Origin: an uncultured Acidobacteriota bacterium
Lineage (GTDB): Bacteria > Acidobacteriota > UBA6911
NCBI GenBank assembly: GCA_963827655.1
Contig: CAWHCF010000014.1
Span: forward strand, 1 to 64,000
DNA: 64,000 nt
Direction of reading: 5' to 3'
A program made the position numbers and the translations under genes. The notes under the pieces were generated by a model that saw only the letters and a program-made list of their open reading frames with translations, had not been told where the DNA came from and made no database searches. Positions 59,967-64,000 of the stretch are shown in pieces; positions within the stretch are counted from its first letter, which is position 1; the number at the start of each line of letters is the position of its first letter.

Positions 59967-62519
59967 TAACGGATCAGTCGGGCTAATCCCGTACAGGAAC
60001 GTCTCGAGAAATCGGGTTAGCAGGAACGCTAGTGTCATCCCGATGACCGCTCCGGCGACAGTCCACGTCATCGCCTGACCCACCACTATCGTCGTTACGG
60101 CGCCCGGCGTCGCGCCGAGTGCGACACGGACACCGATCTCGCGCGTGCGGGAACGCACCAGGAACGACAGGACGCCGTAAATCCCGAGTGCAGCGAGCAC
60201 CAGCGCGAGCATTCCGAGCACGCCGAGCAGGCCGCCGGCAATCCGCGCCGGCAGTAGAGACACCGACATAGCCTCGGTTAGCGTTGCGATATTGAAAACG
60301 GCCAAGGCGGGATCGAGTGCGCGAACCTCCTGTTTGATCGTCGAGAGCACCGAAGCGGGCATGCCAGCGGACCGCACGAGCATCGTGACCCGCGGCGTGT
60401 ACGCCTGCGCGAGCGGGCGGTACATGAATGGCCTCGACTCTTCACCCACTGTCACGTATTTGCTGTCGCGAACGACGCCAACCACCTCGATGACATTACT
60501 GGCATTCGCAGCGGTGCCAAGCACCCGTAGGCGCTGGCCCACGGCGTCCTTTCGAGGCCAGAAACGCCGCGCGAGCGTTTCGTTGACGATCGCGACGCGT
60601 GGCGTGGCATCGCCGTCCAGGTCCGTGAAGTCGCGACCAGCGACCATCCCAATCTGTAGCGTTCTGAAATGCCCGGGCCCGACCGCGTTAGCGTAGACCT
60701 GCGGCATGGGCGGCAGTTGACCGGGAGCGGGCTCGACATCACCGTCGCGGAGTAGGTACATCGTCCTGTTCGAGAGTGTGACCGGCACGATATCGACGAC
60801 GTTGACGGAGACGACGTCGGGCGCCGCTTCCAGGCTGTTCCGGAGACTGCGAATGAACTCACGGCCGCGTGGGGCCGAATAGCCGCGTGTCTCCAGGTCG
60901 ATCGATGCGGTCAAGATGCGGTCGGTATTGAACCCAGTGTCGATGGACTGCGCGTGCCGAAAGCTACGGATGAAAAGCCCGGCGGCGATGAGGAGCAAAA
61001 CCGACATCGAGACCTGCGCGACGAGAAATGCCGAGCGCAAGCGGCCATGGCGTGGTCCATCACCGCGGATGCCTTTGACCGCGCGCACGAGATCGATTTT
61101 CGACGCGCTCAGAGCCGGCATGATACCAAACGCAAGTGTCGCCACGACGGCCGCGACCGTCGTGAACGCCAGCACGCGCACGTCGATTGAGAGGTCGAGC
61201 GCAACCGGGAACGGCGTCGGAAGATGCACTGCCATGAGCAGATGCGTGCACCAGAACGCAATCGCGAGCCCGAGGACCGCGCCAGCAAGTGATAGCAACA
61301 GATTCTCGGCGAGCATCTGACGAATCAACCGCCCACGCCCAGCGCCCAGCGATTGCCGGATTGCGAGTTCGGCCTCTCGAGCCACCGCGCGCGCCAGCAC
61401 GAGATTCGCCAGGTTGACGCAGACAATGAGCAGGACGAGCGCGACAAGCGTCATGAGTACGGCGGTAAACGCGGTCACGGGCGGCGAGATCTCGGGATAT
61501 AGCATCGTGCTGCCGTACACCGTGATGGCCTGGCCTTGATCGGGCTCGCCACGTGCCAGCCGTAGCTGGCGACCTATCGTGTCGAGATCGGCCTGCGCGC
61601 GCGCCCGGTCGAAGCCCGGCTTTAGGCGTCCGACCAGATGGAAGCTGGTTGTGTCGAGCCGCGTTGCCGGATCCTGCGCAGGCCGCAACAGCGCGTCGGC
61701 GGCCAGCGGCACCCAGAGATCTGCGACCAGCGGCGTCATCACGCCGGTGAACCCCTCGGCCGCGACGCCGACGATCGTGAACGGCTGGTCGTTGAGCGCA
61801 ATCGTCTTGCCGACTACGTCTGATGATGCGCCGAATCGACGCTTCCAGAAACCGTGCGACAGGACGACGGCAGGAGGGGCGGCAGCGCGGTCGTCCGATG
61901 GGGCCAGCAGGCGCCCGCGCGCGGACGCCACGCCCAGAACCGAGAAGTACTCACCACTCACGATTGTGCCAAACGTGTGTTCGGTCTCAGCTTCGATCCG
62001 GAGCCCAAACGACTGCATCTGGAACGCCGCTAAGCTGTCGAGGGTCGAGTTGCGGTCTCGGTACTCAATATAGGAGCGGTACCCAGTGTTCGAGTACCGG
62101 TTGGAGTACACGCGGACGACGCTCTCAGGGTCGGACACGGGGAGCGGGCGCAGGAAGAACGCGTTTGCGAGGCTGAAGACGGTGGCGTTGGCACCGATGC
62201 CGAGCGCGAGTACGGCGACCGCTATCACCGTGAAGCCTGGGTTCTTAAGCAAGATCCGCACGCCGTAGCGCAGGTCTTGAACCAGTGTCTCGATCATGGG
62301 CAGCCCCCTTTGCTCCCGGTAGATTTCCTTCACCTGCTCGACTCCGCCAAAGCTGCGTAGGGCGGCGTACCGCGCCTCTTGCGGAGACATTCCTTTGCGC
62401 ACGTTCTCCTCAACCTGCATCTCCAGGTGGGAACGCAGCTCTTCGTCGAGCTCCTGTTCCAGTCGTCCCTTCCGGAGCAGTGCGGCAAGGCGAGATCTCA
62501 GAACTCGCAGCCAGGTCAT
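59856..62519 (-). CDS. ADOP-type duplicated ABC permease with permease-prefix domain
   Basis: LEQELDEELRSHLEM..A.RSFGG..Q.KE prefix; PARRAAKIDPMTALRYE. Confidence 0.92.
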   Translation of the reverse strand: MTWLRVLRSRLAALLRKGRLEQELDEELRSHLEMQVEENVRKGMSPQEARYAALRSFGGVEQVKEIYREQRGLPMIETLVQDLRYGVRILLKNPGFTVIAVAVLALGIGANATVFSLANAFFLRPLPVSDPESVVRVYSNRYSNTGYRSYIEYRDRNSTLDSLAAFQMQSFGLRIEAETEHTFGTIVSGEYFSVLGVASARGRLLAPSDDRAAAPPAVVLSHGFWKRRFGASSDVVGKTIALNDQPFTIVGVAAEGFTGVMTPLVADLWVPLAADALLRPAQDPATRLDTTSFHLVGRLKPGFDRARAQADLDTIGRQLRLARGEPDQGQAITVYGSTMLYPEISPPVTAFTAVLMTLVALVLLIVCVNLANLVLARAVAREAELAIRQSLGAGRGRLIRQMLAENLLLSLAGAVLGLAIAFWCTHLLMAVHLPTPFPVALDLSIDVRVLAFTTVAAVVATLAFGIMPALSASKIDLVRAVKGIRGDGPRHGRLRSAFLVAQVSMSVLLLIAAGLFIRSFRHAQSIDTGFNTDRILTASIDLETRGYSAPRGREFIRSLRNSLEAAPDVVSVNVVDIVPVTLSNRTMYLLRDGDVEPAPGQLPPMPQVYANAVGPGHFRTLQIGMVAGRDFTDLDGDATPRVAIVNETLARRFWPRKDAVGQRLRVLGTAANASNVIEVVGVVRDSKYVTVGEESRPFMYRPLAQAYTPRVTMLVRSAGMPASVLSTIKQEVRALDPALAVFNIATLTEAMSVSLLPARIAGGLLGVLGMLALVLAALGIYGVLSFLVRSRTREIGVRVALGATPGAVTTIVVGQAMTWTVAGAVIGMTLAFLLTRFLETFLYGISPTDPLTFVGVTLLLALVALLACWLPARRAAKIDPMTALRYE

Positions 62520-62768
62520 AGTTCCTCACTCGCCACCAGGCACTGGTGTGTCATATATCCACGCCGACCGCCGGTCGCCCTCGAACTTGCGTTTCCGGAA
62601 CAGGGCGCGGAACCGAAACTGATCTGTTCCAAAGGTCATGAATTCAGCCTTCCTCTCTTACTCGTATCGGAGGGCCGTCATTGGATCGATCTTCGCCGCG
62701 CGCCGGGCGGGCAGCCAACAAGCTAGCAAAGCCACCAAGGCCAGCAGCAGCGTGACACCGACGAACGT
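62487..62768. repeat. ~280-bp direct repeat copy 2
   Basis: Closely matches 59679-59966. Confidence 0.88.
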
Positions 62769-64000
62769 CGCGGGGTCGGTTGGCGCCACCTCGTAGAGCA
62801 GGCTCTTCACAACACGCATGGCGGCCAGCGCGGCAGAGAGGCCGATCAGCGCCCCGACGCACACGAGTTTCAAGCCTTGTTTGATGACGAGTCCGATTAC
62901 TTCGTTCCGCTTGGCCCCGACGGCCAGGCGGATGCCGATCTCGCGAGTGCGACACGCCACACTATAGGCCAGCACGCCGTACAGCCCCAGGGCGGCGAGG
63001 AGCAGGGCTGACACGCTAAAGAAACCCGCGAGTTGGGCGAGGATGCGTTCCCGAAGGAGCGACTCGTCCACCATCTGCTCCATCGTATAGCTGCCCAGCA
63101 CTTGCAGCCGGGGATCGATTTCCCGGAGCAGAGGCGGAAGCGCAGCGACCAGGCTGGACGGATCACCCAGTGTCCGCACTTCGAAGGTCACGCGCCACTC
63201 GTTGGGTCGCTGAAAGAATGGAAGATAGAAGGTGGGTGGCGCCGGGTCACGCAGATTGCGATACTTGGCGTCCGTGGCCACTCCCACGATTTCAATCGAT
63301 TCCTGGGCGCGGCTGCCCAGAGTGAAGCGCCGGCCAAGCGGGTTGTCGGTTCCGAAGAAACGGCGGGCGAGCGACTGGTTGATCACGGCCACGCTGGGCG
63401 CGCTCGGCTCCACTTTCTTACCGTCCGGCTTTGTGTCGCGCGCGGTAAAGTCGCGGCCCAGCAGCAGCGGAATGTTCATCGTCTCAAAAAAGCGCGGCCC
63501 GACTCTCATGCCATGAAAGGTCAGCTTTTCGTTGGGTTGGGGCGCGTAGCCTTCGGGAACAAACAAGTCGCTCCAACGGCTGCCCGTGAGCAACGGGATG
63601 CTGGTGAAGCTGGCCGCGTCCACGCCCGGCACGGATTCCAGGCGCTCAAGCGTTCGCCGGTAGATCAGCGCGAGCCGGGTCACGTCGTAGCCTTGCCCGC
63701 CATCAAGCGTGAATTGCAGGAGGTTCTCCCGGGTGAACCCGGTATCGATGCTCTTGAGCTTCTGCAAACTGCGGACGAACAGCCCCGCTCCCGCGAGCAG
63801 AAACAACGAAAGCGCGACCTGCGTGATGACCAGAATCTTGTTGATCTTCAGACGTGATGCGCTCGTGCCACCGGTTTGTTCTTTGAGCGCCACGGTCAAA
63901 TCCAGCCGCGTGTTCCGCAGCGCCGGCGCGAGGCCGAAGAGAAGTCCCGTCAGCACGGAGACGCCCAGCGTGAAAGCGAACACGCGGCCGTCCGGGCCAA
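62658..64000 (-). CDS. ADOP-type duplicated ABC permease (5' end outside window)
   Basis: LVITQVALSLFLLAGAGLFVRSL; C-terminal FVGVTLLLALVALLACWLPARRAAKIDPMTALRYE identical to the neighbouring permease. Confidence 0.92.
   Translation of the reverse strand, partial: GPDGRVFAFTLGVSVLTGLLFGLAPALRNTRLDLTVALKEQTGGTSASRLKINKILVITQVALSLFLLAGAGLFVRSLQKLKSIDTGFTRENLLQFTLDGGQGYDVTRLALIYRRTLERLESVPGVDAASFTSIPLLTGSRWSDLFVPEGYAPQPNEKLTFHGMRVGPRFFETMNIPLLLGRDFTARDTKPDGKKVEPSAPSVAVINQSLARRFFGTDNPLGRRFTLGSRAQESIEIVGVATDAKYRNLRDPAPPTFYLPFFQRPNEWRVTFEVRTLGDPSSLVAALPPLLREIDPRLQVLGSYTMEQMVDESLLRERILAQLAGFFSVSALLLAALGLYGVLAYSVACRTREIGIRLAVGAKRNEVIGLVIKQGLKLVCVGALIGLSAALAAMRVVKSLLYEVAPTDPATFVGVTLLLALVALLACWLPARRAAKIDPMTALRYE

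Overview
GC-rich bacterial chromosomal window, most likely Acidobacteriota. This is an inference from four ADOP-type duplicated ABC permeases, a PVC-type CxxCH heme protein and an ECF/CHAT locus. Housekeeping genes (tRNA-Leu-secG-tpiA, orphan groEL, rtcB+archease, lptD-folK-panC, dacB-moaD-moaE, recR-dnaX-SRP RNA, IMPDH-like, NFACT/RqcH) are mixed with transport and secreted-enzyme genes. About 8-10 single-base frameshifts in otherwise intact genes point to assembly indel errors. The best candidate for an undescribed system is 34272-39080: ECF sigma, zinc anti-sigma, a small beta-rich protein and a lipoprotein TPR-CHAT (caspase-fold) protease. The same bipartite motif GTGAAACG-N15-TCACWAT occurs before the anti-sigma gene and again after the CHAT gene, where it precedes a ~195 nt structured non-coding segment (candidate sigma-dependent sRNA). 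Also notable are three families of inverted tandem-repeat hairpins (6-, 7- and 8-nt period), one enclosing a four-helix-bundle gene. There is also a two-copy MITE, a 290-bp direct repeat joining tandem ADOP permeases, and motif-divergent PanC and IMPDH. No CRISPR array, cas gene, integrase, transposase or reverse transcriptase was seen. All family calls are from motif recognition by eye; no searches were run.
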